Origin: Takakia lepidozioides
Taxonomy: Eukaryota; Plantae; Bryophyta
DNA length: 64,000 nucleotides
Assembly (NCBI GenBank): GCA_030704615.1
Contig: CM060731.1
Coordinates: 91,450,001-91,514,000, forward strand
Reading direction: 5' to 3'
Part shown: positions 13,575-27,170 of the stretch, one piece after another
How positions within the stretch are numbered: the first letter of the stretch is position 1
Layout: each line of letters starts with the position of its first letter
Made by a program: the position numbers and the translations under genes
The notes under the pieces: generated by a model
The model's input: only the letters and a program-made list of their open reading frames with translations
Told to the model about the DNA's origin: nothing
Databases searched by the model: none

Positions 13575-14241
13575 GGGGGTAGTTTTTCTATGAGCAGTGA
13601 GCACCCAAAAACATGAGCAGAGGCCGGAAAATGGGCGAAAAGTGGAATTTTGGGGGAATATTCCTTCCAAAACACTCAAAGTGGGGGGTGTTTATGGGCC
13701 CAGAACGCCCTATTTTCCGCTAAGAATAAAGCACAAACTATAGGTTCGGCATGCAGGACAGGTTCGGCGTCATTGGCAGTTCCGGAAGTCGGCAACGACT
13801 TGCAGGCAGGAAATCGTAGTTACAGCCACGTAAACCTACCCACGGTAATAGATGGGATTTTTATAACCGTGGAAAATTACATGGCTTAACATGAGAAGTT
13901 GGCACAGAATTGGACATATGTGCTGGACAAGTCACTCAGAAATCATTACAAGTTGGCACAAACTTCGCGATAGCCCGTACAGTTATATAGGGTTTGGGAA
14001 GTCTGCACAGACTTCGCCATCGCCCGTACAGTTGGTGCGGGTTTGGGAAGTCGGCACAGACTTCTGCAATGAGCGGAAAAAATATATTTCGAATGGTAAG
14101 TCAGCACCGAATTCGAGATGGCCTTCAGGCGTGATTTTCAGATGGGAAGTCGGCATAGACTTCTCCATATCCTTCAAAAGTTTCTTGCAAAGGGTAAGTG
14201 GGCACCGAATGGAATATTGTCTCCAGACGTCAGACAGAATT
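13575..14241 (+). mobile_element. MULE-like terminal fragment carrying type-D palindromes (gaagtcggcacMgacttc-like)
   Basis: Terminus GGGGGTAGTTTTTCTATGAGC with TGAGC repeats resembles the ends at 34414, 48772, 51658 and 55386; about six degenerate palindromes between 13784 and 14210. Confidence 0.6.
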
Positions 14242-16341
14242 GGGGCGTAGCTACGGCGTGAGCTTAGCCACGCGAGCCCAGGAGTTTGCCCCCTAAGTGT
14301 GAGCCCAGGGTTTAGAGGAGGGAGAAGCATGTCCTATAACCGAGGACAGGGTTTAGATGGGGTCCTATTACCGCAACGACGCAACGGCGTGAGCGTGATG
14401 TCAGCAGGCTGACATGGCGACAAATGCTAACGTGGCGTTGCGTCGTCATCTGCCACGTCAGCATAAACATGCGGCGCCTATATCCGAGGATGGTCCTATG
14501 ATCGTGGGATTAATCCAGACAATCGTTGGCTGAATACAATGAAGACTACCATCAAACACCCGAAATGGGAGATAAGCCTACAACTGTGGCATCCATTCCA
14601 CAACATTGTGCAATTAGAATTGTAAGTTTCACTATTACAATTACAAGGACGACAAAATAAACTCACAACGTAAGTGCCGTAGAGGCTGCCACGGGAAGAC
14701 CATGGGAAACCATCTTGACATCCAAAGGTGCCATGATGCATCAGTTCTAAGAACTTGCCACACAGAGCACATGCCAAATGCCAAAACAGAGCAGAACAGA
14801 AGTGATGATCGTCGACGATCATCACGACCTCTACCAAAATGCCAAACCAGAGCAATTTATTTTTTTGGAAAAAAAAAAAAAAAAAAACAACAAAAACAAA
14901 AACAGAGTAGAAGTGATGATCGGTGTTTTTTTTTTGGAAAAATACGGGAAAAAAAAAAAAAAAAAAATTAGAGCAGAAGTGATGATCGGTGCCGATCATC
15001 ACTTACGGTGCTTCAAGATTTTTCAGAGTATTTTTCATTTCGGCCAGAAATGTGATTCACATTGTTTTGCTTTCGTGTTTGAGTCCTGTATCTTTCCCCC
15101 CTTGCAAAGTTAGTTGTCCATCAAAACATGATCTTAGGGCTGGTTGGCACCGATCATCACTCAAACTATTGTGTGCTTTTGCAGAGAAATCTTCATTTCG
15201 CCCAAAAATGTGAATTGCATTGTTTTGCTTTCGTGTTTCAGTCCTACCTTTCCCCGATTGAAACTGAAATCTTCAAGAAAATGTGATGATCGGCGACAAT
15301 CATCACATTTAGACCTTCTTCAGGGTGGTACTTGTGAGGTATAGAATTCCCATCAACAGTCACTCTCTGTAGGGAATGTGATGAGCGCCACCGATCATCA
15401 CATTATCATGTTTTATGAATTGACTTGTTGGGAATTGCATTGGGTTTGCGAGTTCACAGGTATACAAAATATGTGCTCATGGAGGGAAAACACTTGAGCG
15501 GTGTCCCTGATTATCTCGACATGTGGTCGGATCCTCGCTTGGGATCACAAACCGATTCCGTATTCGACAGCCCCCTGCCCAGCTTCCTGTGTATGCAGAA
15601 GAAATGACACTTCGCATGTCTGAGGCTCCATCACCTGATCCCAAAATGTCTGCACGCAGGAGTAGACATCCCAGATCCGGAGTTATGAATTTTTTGGACT
15701 TGGATGCAGAGGATGCGGGGATATGTTATGATGAGTCCAAGTAATTGACCTTCAAAATTTCTATGTACTCTTTCTTCATCATCATAAAAGTATTTTGACT
15801 TGTTGCGACTGTTCATTTGTCCCAAGTACGAACGGAATGACTAATTACAAAACACACATGAATTCACGGGTTCACATGGCCCCACATGATATTGAAAGAC
15901 ATGAAATCCAACAAAGTTCGAAATTGCTTTCAGGGAAAAAACTACGTCAATCCATCGCAGTGTTCGTACTCATTCCCCTTCCATTCATCTATTCTACATT
16001 CATCCATCATGTATTCATGAATCCTTCGCATTGTTCGCACTCATCCATGTTATATTCCTCCATGCTACATTCATCCATCCTGCATTCATCCCATCGATTG
16101 GTTGGATGTTAAAGATGTAGTCTGCAATGACTGGAAAGGGTAAATCATTCCGCGGAAATAGGCACCTACCTTTTGTCCGCGGTTATAGGTCCGTGCCTTT
16201 GGAAATGACGTGGCGTCAACCACGTTGGCGAGGACTGTTGACGTGCCGTGACACCCGTGAACCAACGTGGCGACAACTGCTGACGTGGCGTGAGCCTGAT
16301 TGCGCTCACGTGCTCACACACTCACTCGGAGGCATTCCCCC
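14242..16341 (+). mobile_element. Non-autonomous MULE-like deletion derivative related to the 52875-55385 element; type-C palindromes; 3' remnant of the MTase gene at ~15480-15744
   Basis: Ends share inverted motifs (CGTGAGC, cctataaccgMggac, gccacgtcagca). The right end ...gctcacgtgctcac...gaggcattcc matches the reverse complement of 52875-52945. SVFDSPL...LDLDAEDAGI matches 53590-53790 (-). No TSD found. Confidence 0.7.
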
Positions 16342-17180
16342 GGTGGAGCTTGATAGCTTTATACTCCTGCGATGCTCTCCAACTCTGCATAGAGCTCAAT
16401 ACTACAATGGAATAGCAATGCTCCTGCCTCATACACACAGTGAGAGAAAAGATAATGATGGCATAATATATGACAGTGCCAGATGGGGGTCATTTCCAGC
16501 CAACCTGCAATATTCACTAACCTCTGGTAAACCGTGGGGTGCTGCCCGCAGTCAGGTGAGCTCAAGATAGTCATTTAAGGAACAGCAAAAAGAGGAAGGA
16601 GACCAAAAGAATCAGAGTACAAGATTCATGAACTATATCATGTTTAACATGGTATAACATACAACTCCCGACTGTCTTCATCAGTTCCTAATAGAGGGTG
16701 CAGACACACAATGTTTCTGTGTCCAGAAGGAAGACTCCGCCAACACAAAGTTTTACATTCGCATCTTATTCATACTCCAGAACAACAAAAGGAGAGAGAA
16801 TGTAGTGCTGAGACAGGGTTTCGGAGTCTTAAAGGACATGGCTCTCTAATGGAAGAGAAACAGCAGGATCAGAAATCCAAGTAGGTGTCATCCACTAGCA
16901 ATAGGTAGAGGAGCTGCATCACATACGTTTGTAAGTGTGAAACAAATCCACAAATCTACAGTGCTGAATCCGGGGGTTGGGAATGAGTCAATTATGGCAA
17001 TAGCTGAGATCAACATTCCCAACATTCAGGAGCCAGCCCGCTACACTACCACTACCCCTTAGCGACCATAAACTTCCCCTAGCAGGAGCTTGATTCTTCA
17101 CATAAGGTACCCTCGTTGACCTCATCAGGGATCCAACTTCAAGTTCATATTGTAGAGGCAAACCTAACTAGAAGCCAGAC

Positions 17181-17795
17181 TTATATTATATGCACCGGCA
17201 GAAGCACCTCGAGCCCTCTCCCCGTCTCTACTGCCCTCTCCCCAGCTTCACCTCGAACTCCCACAATCCGTGCTCTTTGTGGTGTTCTTTCCCCTCCTTC
17301 AGTCTCCACCGTATGGGTAATTGCGGGGGCTGCTCTCACCCGCGATGGTGTAACCGGTAAGGATGCAGCCGGTGTGTTACTGCCTATTTCTAGTGTCTTG
17401 GAGGGATCCACCGTCTCTGTGCGTCCCTCGCTTACATGGGCATCTATCATTTTGACACCCCTGACCTCTTCAGTGGCATTTTCTCTTGCCTCCTGGCTAG
17501 CCTTCTGTCTAGCCTGTTCTTTTGCCCTCTCTTTTGCCCTCTCACGGGCCTTCTGTTTCTTACTAGGGGTAGCAGCAGGGGAGGCCTCCAGGACAACCAC
17601 CTTTGATTGAGGCGAACTGACACCCTCACGCGCCCTGTTCACTCCCCCCTCCGCAGCCTGTGACGGCTCTCTCGCCGGGGATTGCATGTGCTTGGATTTT
17701 TTCTTCTTCTTTGCGTGGGCGGGCCCTCCTGCATGTGCATCAGCTTCCTCGATTGGCGGATCTGTTGTCCTCATCCGACGCCCTTCACCTGCCAT
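17181..17795 (-). other. Low-complexity ORF of unknown origin, probably TE-derived
   Basis: 204-aa K/E/A/P-rich ORF; no recognisable domain. Confidence 0.25.
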
Positions 17796-19044
17796 GCCGG
17801 CTACACCAACCTCCCGAATGCCTATTCTGGCGTACTCTCGCTGCAGGTCCTCCTGTCCACCAACAAAAGGAGCAAGATTGCCGACGACTGTCTGACTGCG
17901 CTTGATGACTAGCGGCTTTTGGAGCGACTGCTCGAGCAGTTGGAGCTATCAATGATACCACCACCGTATCGCGCTCGTCTTCACTCTGTCATCCCCAACA
18001 ATCGTGAGAACCACCATCGCAATGAAATGGAAGCAACAAATGAGCCACAATCCTGGCATGGAACACCAATGAAAACAAAACCAACTATGGAGTGGCATGG
18101 AACAACAATGAAAACAAAACCAAGCAATGGCTAACAATCACATGCAGAAGCAACAGAAGGATGCCAAAACAAACAAAACAAAGCGAAGAAGACCGCACAT
18201 GCTACATAAAGTGAAAGAAGCAGGGGCTTGCCTGAGAGTGCTCGGCTTCAGCTGGCGCGGGCTGTGAGCAAGACAAGGGGATCTCCTGCTGGAGGTTCAG
18301 TTTGGTCATGCGAGACGTTGAACGCCGCCCGTAGTACAAAGGCTTCAGTTTGCGCCGCGGTCTAGATGTGGGGTTTCTCTCAGGAGAGCCACGCCCTTCT
18401 CCACGCGGCATAAGTCCGAGTAACAAAAAAATCTCCCGCAGAATGCGTGCGTATAGGCCTCGAATGGAACTTCATCCACCCGTCACATCAGGTGTCGAAG
18501 GCGTATCCGGGAAGCAAGTGCGGAATCCGTGTAGAACGTCCGGTTCAAAACCGACGGCGGAGGACATTTAATGCGCAACTGCGCCCTTCAATGTCATAGG
18601 TATGGAGGTCGGCCACAGGTGCCACCTGGCCCACCCTCCCCCCGAGACTTCATCATTCGCCCACTAGATGGAAAAAACGGCACCGAATTTCCATCCAGCA
18701 GATGAAGTAGGACGCAACGTGGCCCTCCCTCTGCCCGAGACGTTCTCATCCAGAAGCCGCCGGATGGAAAATCGGCACCGAATTTCCATCCTGCAGGTAA
18801 GTCGGAGCGCGGCCGGATGGAAAACCGGCACCGACTTTCCATCCTGCAGGTAATTTGGTCCACCTCATGGATGGAAAACCGGCACCGAATTTGTCTCCAG
18901 CGGACGACATTGGTGGGAATAACGTGCCAAAAAGTGGCCCACAGACGAAAAACTCTAAGTTGAGTATCGAATTAGACAAAAAAACGCGAAAAACTTGATG
19001 TAACGATTGGAAATTGTTGATGAAGGGTCGATACGGGCGTCTGT

Positions 19045-19765
19045 GGATGGAAATTTGGCGCCGTTTTTCCATCCTGCAGATGTTCTCTGTCGGCCAGGTG
19101 TCGGCCTCTCCCCCCGAGACGACTACATCCGAATGGCCTCGGATGGAAATTCGGCGCCATTTTTCCATCCGGGGGATGTTCTCTGTCGTCCAGGTGTCGG
19201 CCTCTCCCCCTGAGACGACTTCATCCGAACGGCCTCGGATGGAAATTTGGCGCCGTTTTTCCATCCGGGGGATCTTCTCTGTCGGCCAGGTGTCGGCCTC
19301 TCCCCCCGAGACGACTTCATCCGAACGCCCCCGGATGGAAATTCGGCGCCGTTTTTCCATCCGGGGGATGTTCTCTGTCGGCCAGGTGTCGGCCTCTCCC
19401 CCCGAGACGACTTCATCCGTGCGGCCTCGAATGGAAATTCGATGCCGTTTTTCCATCCGGGGGATGTTATCTGTCCGCCAGGTGTCGGCCTCTCCCCCCG
19501 AGACGACTTCATCTGACCGGCCTCGGATGGAAATTCGGCGCCGTTTTTCCATCCGGGGGATGTTCTCTCTTGTCCAGGTGTCAGCCTCTCCCCCCGAGAC
19601 GACTTCATCCGAACGGCCTCGGATGGAAATTCGGCGCCATTTTTCCATCCGGGGGATGTTCTCTGTCGTCCAGGTGTCGGCCTCTTCCCCCGAGACGACT
19701 TCATCCGAACGGCCTCGGATGGAAATTCGGCGCCGTTTTTCCTTCCGGGGGATGTTCTCTGGCAG
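19045..19765. repeat. 96-bp tandem repeat (~7.5 units), each unit containing palindrome type B ggatggaaattcggcgccgtttttccatcc; four more dispersed copies at 18667-18900
   Basis: Units start at 19045, 19141, 19237 ... 19717; the 32-aa periodic ORFs in several frames follow from the repeat. Confidence 0.95.
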
Positions 19766-20016
19766 GCACGTGGGGCCGTTACCCTCCGATTGGACTTCAT
19801 GTCGAAGTAAATGCTGCGCCTCATTCCTGGGTACGGTTATATTTAATGCTGCTCTTTTTCTTTGCCACTTGCCAACCTTCGCTCGTGACCCACGCATTTC
19901 CAACCGAGATAGCAACAACACTTCCTCGCTCCGAGCTCCTCTCACTTCATCTTCCCCACACTCCCCCTTTCCTACGCACCCTCTCTACTTCCTGGCAGCC
20001 CTTTCAATAGTCGGCG

Positions 20017-20551
20017 ATGGCATGCCGGGATCCCAGCAACTGCCCAAACAAGCATCTCACCCCGTGGGACTTCTCGCCCAAGTCAGGGGATATTTTCATA
20101 TACCTGCAGGATTGGATAGACCACTCTCAGCAGAGGAGGGTGCACCTGTCCGCTCTTGAGTACCTTCTTGGCTTCCACGATCAGCCTTGCGGGGACGGGC
20201 TTGCGCGGCTTTGGTGCCTGCGAATCGTTGATCTGCAGTATCCGCCTACATGGAACATCCCCAAAAGCCGCACGGCCTTCCTACATCATTGGAGGTGTTG
20301 CCAATGGGCCTACAAGGATTCCATCGCAAACAGTGTATGGGGACATTCTCATAAGCTATGAGGATGAGTCCTATGGACACAGAGTCTCCACAGCAAAGAT
20401 CTCAATTTACGATGGTGCATATATCGGAGGACATGACACCGTTGTCCACTACACAAAAGGATAACAGGCTACATCCATTGTCTTCACCTACCGACACCCT
20501 ATCAGTCATGAGCTTGTTGAGAGGCCAATCGAGGTTCCAGCTTCTTGGTGA
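20017..20551 (+). pseudogene. Unknown TE accessory gene X, copy 1
   Basis: HWRCCQW...VYGDILISYEDE...ISIYDG...GH...FTYRH...HELVERPIEVPASW; one frameshift and one stop; homologous to copies at 29.4-29.9 kb and 30.2/49.3 kb. Confidence 0.75.
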
Positions 20552-20769
20552 GAATAGTGCAACACGGGAGAAAATTCCCAACTTACCTAAGCATAGATGG
20601 CATGCATACTTTTGGCTTCCCTCGGCTTGTGAGGGCATGCATACTTGTCACAGTTCATTATTAATAAAAATGTCTCATTTGAACCAAAGTTCCACTTTTT
20701 GCGCAATGTTGCATTTTGTTGAATGTTGACTTTTGGCAGCGTGGGTCTGGCACTCAATCTTGCAATGAG

Positions 20770-23547
20770 ACCCACTGGAATGGCGAGTTCCACCATCGGA
20801 CAGCGTCATATACAAGGCTGTTAGGGACTTTATTTTCCCGCCAAATGCGCCTTCTATCCTGGCGCCTTCCACGAAACAATCCGCGAATCATAGAGTGGGT
20901 ACCTCAAAGAGAGAAGTCCGCAACGAAGTAAATCCAGAGCCGACCCCATCAATGAAGATGAGCGAGAACCGGGTTGTTCACAACCTGTCCGACTCAGACG
21001 AGGTCATGGAAGTTCCAAGATCATCTTGGAGATCAGGCAAGTCCTCAATGGACATCAGCGGACGAGGGAGTCATATTCCCAGCACGAGCTCACCAATTCG
21101 ATCCATTCTTGAAATTTTGCGAGGGCTTCACATGGAGGGACACCGCTCGGAGCTGGCTGGGCTGGACTACAGCAAGTTCACAATTAAATCCGTTACATGC
21201 CTTCCCGCAGACGTCGACGGTAATATCTTCTTTGAGTTCCCTCCTCGAACGGACTATTTGAGGGCGTCCGGAATGTTGACAGATATGGATAGGAAACATG
21301 AAGGTCATCCTTGGTGCATCACCAAAACCACCAGCATGAAGATGCTCGATGGTGTGCGAGTGCACTACGTTGTTTGTGCGGGCGCGTTGCGGTGTTTCTC
21401 CCCAACTTGCTTCCACTTTAAATCCAGAGGTCACAGGAACGAGACGGATTGGACAGGCACAGCTCATCAACCATTTCAAGCTCAGGAGAAGGTTCCAAAC
21501 TCCACATTTAAGTGTGCGCATTGCAAAGAACCACCACATTGCATGTCTGTTTGTAATGCCAAGCAGTTCTATGTGTTGCACCGTTTCCCTGACTTCACCG
21601 AGCTTGCATACACGTTGGTTCCCATTGTCACAAATTGGCGAGGGGGAACTCGCGGGAGGCTGCCCACGAGGCAGAGCAGCTCGTTCAGGAGGAGGTTAAG
21701 TTGAGACCTGGTGCCAAACCCAAACAGATACAACTGCAGGCCGCCCATAAGATGGCATTGGCCAGAATTATGTCGGAAGACGGCTCCGACAGAGTTCCTC
21801 TCGATGAGAAGAAAATGGAGGCATTGCTGGAGTCAGTGTCCCACGTCTGTTCACCGAATGTCCGAAACCTCATTGTCTCCTGCAAACAGAGAATTGGGCG
21901 TGGCTCGGATATGCATTCCATTCTGGAGGTGAAGCGACGATGTGGATATGACTACATTCATGTAAGTAGGTTTCCAGGACAAGGGACTGAGGCAGATCGT
22001 TGTTTCGTATTCAAAATGTCCACGTGTGGGCCTGGCAGCGGCGTGGAACTAGTCCACCGGATGACGAGTGGGGACTTGTCAAACAGTTGGGTCATGTTCG
22101 ACCATATCAAGCGAATTACAAATCATCAGTGGGTGACAATGGGTGCACATGTCTACGACAGCCACTGCAGGATGCTAATGACAATTGCTATTTGTGAGAT
22201 GAAAGGAGAGGACACACAATCGGAGATGCTTCTTTGGCAGGGAATAAACGAACAGATGGCCAGGGCGGGATTGCCCCCTCCCAATTTTCGTGGTTTCATG
22301 GCGAACAACGCACAAGCAAATTGGGCTGCCATCCGAAGGGTGTACGGGGAAGACCCCAATGTTCCAATGGAAGGCAATGAGAGATCTTGTGGGTTCCATT
22401 TTCTGCAGAGCTTGTCGCAGTACACAACCAGGCTCGTGGCGCCAGATTTCAGAGAGGAGCACCGTTCCATGTGTCTTGCGTGGAAGCATGCTCCTATCTT
22501 GGATGATGCAGAGACACAGTTTGCATGTATACGGGCTTGGTGGACAACGTCAGGTGCTGTAAAGAAATCAGACAAGGGAGCAATGGTCAGTTGGCTAGCA
22601 TGGTGGCATTATCGTTTCCTCCAGTTCGGCGACTATATGCGGGAGGTGAGTTGGACGAATTCGCGTCCCGTTGAATATTATGCTACTCATTATTTGTAAC
22701 TTGCTTGTAACCTCAACATGTGCATGTGTAGGACATGTGTCTCAACTCCGACACCGACATGCCGACAACAAACATGGCCGAATCAGTACATTCTTCCTGG
22801 CGTGCCTCCTCTGCGGCGCATCTGGTGGACATCCTCACTGCCACAACGGAGGACATTGTGAGGTCAATTATGCAGCAATGCAGGTACAATGAGTTCTTGA
22901 AAGGGAAACAGTGGGGCTTGGAGCCGGACAAGCAGGAAATGCTGATGCGGACTGCCTCCAGATCGAAGAATCCTCGGAAGCGGGTGACAGTCTTGCGAGA
23001 GGGCTTTCGGGACACGCCATTGCTTCGAAGAGGCCAACACTTGGAAGGAGATGTTCACACCCGTCCAGTGAGACGAAGACTTGACGAGGCACCTGGCGGA
23101 GAAGAGGATTCATAGCGAGCTGACAAGAATATTCGCACGCTCCCTCGTGGTCCGGTGATGTTGCCCGAGGAGGTCTCGTCGAGCACCGCAAGTCCTGCAC
23201 ATTCAAGATTGCCATCTCCTTTGAGCACAGGGCACGTGCCCGAGGAACATAACGAGCCATCTGTAGTAACGCAGTACAACATACGCATTGTGGAGACAAG
23301 AGTGTTGGAGTCACAGTGGAGAATTGCAAGGACATTGCCGACATTTCGAGGGAAGTGTTGTGCCATCCGGGTGGATACGAGAGCACGTTGTGGTGAGATG
23401 ATTCGGAGGAACCTACACGGTGCTGTACCTACACCTTGTTTCAGCGACATATTTTTGACTCCCACATTTTCTCACGCCACAACGCAGACGTTTTGGTTCT
23501 GTAGGCACGACATAATGACCTGTGTATTTGGCAAGCCCAAGTGCGGG
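20770..23547 (+). pseudogene. MULE-type transposase with GCM-like Zn finger, copy A (5'- and 3'-truncated)
   Basis: W..TKTTS...CAG.LRC..P.C...CAHC...C...C...G.HCH (GCM-like); VMFDHIK (D1), FMANNAQAN (D2 changed to N), CGFH, TNMAESVH (E); 86-bp GT-AG intron 22646-22731; frameshift at ~21600; stop at 23113. Confidence 0.85.
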
Positions 23548-23549
23548 AT

Positions 23550-25780
23550 CAACTCTTCACACATGGTCGCTAGAAATTCGTGAAAAATAGCAAAGTGGTC
23601 TTTCCTCGGACAATGATTTGATCTGTTATACTTGATAAATTCATAAAAAAAAATTATTGGGTTCTTTCTGGAATATAAGATGACTGTATAGTATGAGCTC
23701 AACGACACAGACCACACTATGACTGTTCACGTACTATATAGTCCAAGAGCCTAGGTACTTAATCAAGTGTTCACACTCACGAAAATATGATACCAGACTG
23801 GTCCTGGTATCACAAGGGCCCACATTTCCCAATACTGTTATGGTCATGGTATTGTGGTAAGGGGGCCGGGTAGGGTATATGAGGGGTATATAACATGAAA
23901 TTGTGGATGTATATTAGTAGGGTATCAATATTTGTTTTTCCCCATCTCATGTGGAGGGAATATGAATATTGCCTAGGTATGTATATGAAATATTTAGTAG
24001 ATCAAGAAAATATTCAATAATCTGAGAAAAAGAATTGACCTTCACAATGGATCACAATTACAACACAATGCACATACCAAATACATTGCTCATACACATT
24101 GCACATTGCAAAAATACACCATACCATACATGTATTTTTGCACATTGCACATGAGTATAAAGCAGATGCCATAAATGCCAAAATGCCCTTGAGTCCCTTG
24201 CCCTAACTCGACACACATACACCTAATGAGGACCTAATGTGCCTTTGGAAGCTCACATAGCAGCAATACTGGTATCAATACCAATCTTGTCCATCGCTAT
24301 ACCAGACGTATATGGTATATACCATAGTATAGAGCAAGGTATATATTGCCCCTAGTATGGTATTGCCCGGGTATTGGCCACCCTACCTACCACCCGGGTA
24401 TGGTATTACCTACCCGGGTTGATATCAGTATTGATACCCGGGTTGGACCTATATACCGGTCCAACCCTAGTTCACATATGGTCGCTGGAAATTTGTGGAA
24501 AATAGCAAAGTGGGCCCTCTTGGAACAATGAATGGATATATTACTAAACAAATTCAAGGAAAAAATCAATTGAATTTTTCAATAGTTTATTTGTTTGATT
24601 TCAAGTGTTTTTTTTCAACTCTTTACACATGAAGTGGGCTTTCCTCGGACAATGATTGGATATCTATATAGTAGGGGTGCACCGGCTTCTTTTCATGATT
24701 TTGGGACCTGCGGGGTGGGAGATATGGAATTTCAAGTACTTTTGGTCCCTGCAAATTCCTGAAAAAATAGCTTCTATGGAACAATGAATGGATATATTAC
24801 TAAATAAATTCATGGAAAAAAATAAATTGGTTTTTCCAATATATGAAGCAAGTAGTTTATTAGTTTGTTTTCAAGTGTTTTTTTCAACTCTTCACTCATG
24901 AAGTGGATTTTCCTCGGACAATGATTGGATATCTAATACTCAATAAATTCATGGAAAAAAAAAATGGTTCTTTCAATATATGAAGCAAGGTAGTTTATTT
25001 GTTTGTTATCAAGTGTTTTTTTCAACTCTTCACACATGATGTGGGCTTTCCTCGGACAATGATTGGATATCTGTATAGTAGGGGGGCACCGGCTTCTTCC
25101 CATATTTTTGGACCTGCGGGGTGGGAGATATGGAATTTCAAGTACTTTTGCTCCCTGCAAATTCCTGGAAAATAGCTTTCCTGGAACAATGAATGGATAT
25201 ATTACTAAATAAATTCTTGGACAAAAATAAATTGGTTTTTCCAATATATTAAGCAGTTTATTCGTTTGTTTTCAGGTTTTTTTTCCAACTCTTCACACAT
25301 GAAGTGGATTTTCCTCGGACAATGATTGGATATGTAAATAGCCTTCCTAGAACAATGAATGGATATTTTACTAAATAAATTCGTGGAAAAAATAAAATTA
25401 GTTTTTTCAATATATGAAGCAAGTAGTTTATTCGTTTGTTTTCAAGTGTTTTTTTCAACTCTTCACACATGAAATGGATTTTCCACGGACAATGATTGGA
25501 TATGTAATACTCAATAAACTCATGGAAAAAAAAAATTGGTTCTTTCAATATATGAAGCAAGATAGTTTATTTGTTTGTTTTCAAGTGTTTTTTTCAACTC
25601 TTCACACATAAAGTGGGCTTTCCTCGGACAATGATTGGATATCTAATAGTCAATAAGTTCATGGAAAAAAATAAATTGGTTCTTTTTGGAATGTAAAATT
25701 ATTGTATGGTATGCGTTCAACGATGGAGCCCACACTATGCATGTTCACGTAGTCTCTAGTCCAAGAACTTAAGTATTGTG
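23550..25780. repeat. AT-rich ~125-bp tandem/satellite-like array with higher-order variants
   Basis: Recurrent ttcaagtgtttttcaactcttcacacatgaagtgg..ttcctcggacaatgattggatat unit; truncates transposase A. Confidence 0.85.
23777..24469 (-). mobile_element. Second copy of the hAT-like MITE, inverted, one TIR deleted
   Basis: Reverse-complement match to 11552-12232; near-TSD gttcacac (23769-23776) / gttcacat (24470-24477). Confidence 0.88.
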
Positions 25781-25839
25781 CCACAAAAAAAAAAAAAAAA
25801 AACTACCCGAGAATTCCATAGAAAATAAAATAACAAAAA

Positions 25840-26450
25840 GAAGCTGTCGCTTCATTTCTTAAACTAAAAAAAAGCAGCAACCACCAAGTGGCGTCGCTTT
25901 ATTTTTTATTATTAATAATAGGACGACGCCGTAAATATGGCGGTCGTTTTATATTTTTAAAAATAAAAAACAAGGGACCACCAATTGGCACCCCCTTCAT
26001 TTTTTGAAATAACAGAAAGTAGCGACCGCCAATGGGCGGTCACTTCATTTTATTTATTTTTAAATGACGCGACTGCAAATATGGCGGTCACTTCATATTT
26101 TTTAAAATAAAAAACGAGCAATATGACATTAAAAATACAAGCTACCGGTCGCTTGATATTTTTGAAATTCAAAAAAATAGCGACCGTCAATGGGCAGTCA
26201 ATTTATTATTTTTGAAAAAGAATATGACGCGACTGCAAATATGGCGGTCACTTCATATTTTAAAAATAGAAAATGAGCAATATGACATTAAAAATACAAG
26301 CTGGCGGTCGCTTAATATTTTTGAAATTCAAAAAATAAGCGACCGTCAATGGGCGGTCACTTTATTTTCTTTTTATAAAAAGTATGAGAGCGACCGTCAC
26401 GTCACGTCCACATCACGCCACGTCACGTCCGAAATGACACCTTGGTAAAA
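25840..26450. repeat. Subterminal-type repeat cluster (gcgaccgYcaatgggcggtcac palindromes in A/T tracts)
   Basis: About 10 degenerate copies; typical of DNA-transposon subterminal regions. Confidence 0.65.
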
Positions 26451-26512
26451 TGGTACAATGTTAATTTAATGGATCGGGACTTTTGATGGACAATAGGTGT
26501 CGGCTCGATGGG

Positions 26513-27170
26513 CTATTGTTGGTTGTTTCCGGAGAGGATGTTTCCTAACAAATTATTACAAGGACTGCCCCCAACAATGAAATTGAACCCATTGTACTTC
26601 CTAACAAGGTCGTGATAGCCAATAATTGCAGTCGTAACATTTGGACGTCGCGTCTGGACGTGTCGTGATAGCCAATAATTGCAGTCGTAACATTTGGACG
26701 TCGCGTCTGGACGTTCAAATTCTCCACCAATAGCACGTGACGTCCAGACGTGACGCACATCTCGATGTAACGGCCGAGGTACCGCAGACTTGTCCACGCC
26801 ACATCACGTCTGGAATGACAACTAGGTAAAATGGTACAATGTTCGTTCAATGAAGGACTTTTGATGGATTTCATCTGTTTCAGGATAGTTTCGTTCCGTC
26901 TTCGTCCTTGCACTCAGGAATGGGGGTGGTGTTGTTAAGATGGTAGCATGTTTTCTATCTCTACAAAAAAACAACTCTGTGCATTGACTCTCTCAAGAGC
27001 AAGTAACCGATTCCCTACGAGTGTGGTGTGTCCTCCTTGGCCTTGTCAAGCACTAATATGTGGAGGGCTATCTCTAGTACCCCCCAATCCCCGAAAATAG
27101 AGATAGCACCTTCATGCCATCTGGGTAGAGTTGTCGTAACACTGAGAAGTGAAATGCAACTCTGTCAGAT
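26513..27170 (-). pseudogene. Fragments of a DRM (domains-rearranged) C5-cytosine methyltransferase catalytic domain
   Basis: DRVAFHFSVLRQLYPDGMKVLSLFSGIGG-(fs)LEIALH (motif I region), MHRVV..VEIE (motif II), LVRKYNGFNFIVGGSPCNNL (motif IV), in DRM order, interrupted by foreign sequence. Confidence 0.85.

Noticed and set aside
18746-20159. Long ORFs (399, 381 and 233 aa) with 32-aa repeats
   Set aside because: They are open on both strands because the 96-bp unit is a multiple of three and poor in stops; no evidence of coding.
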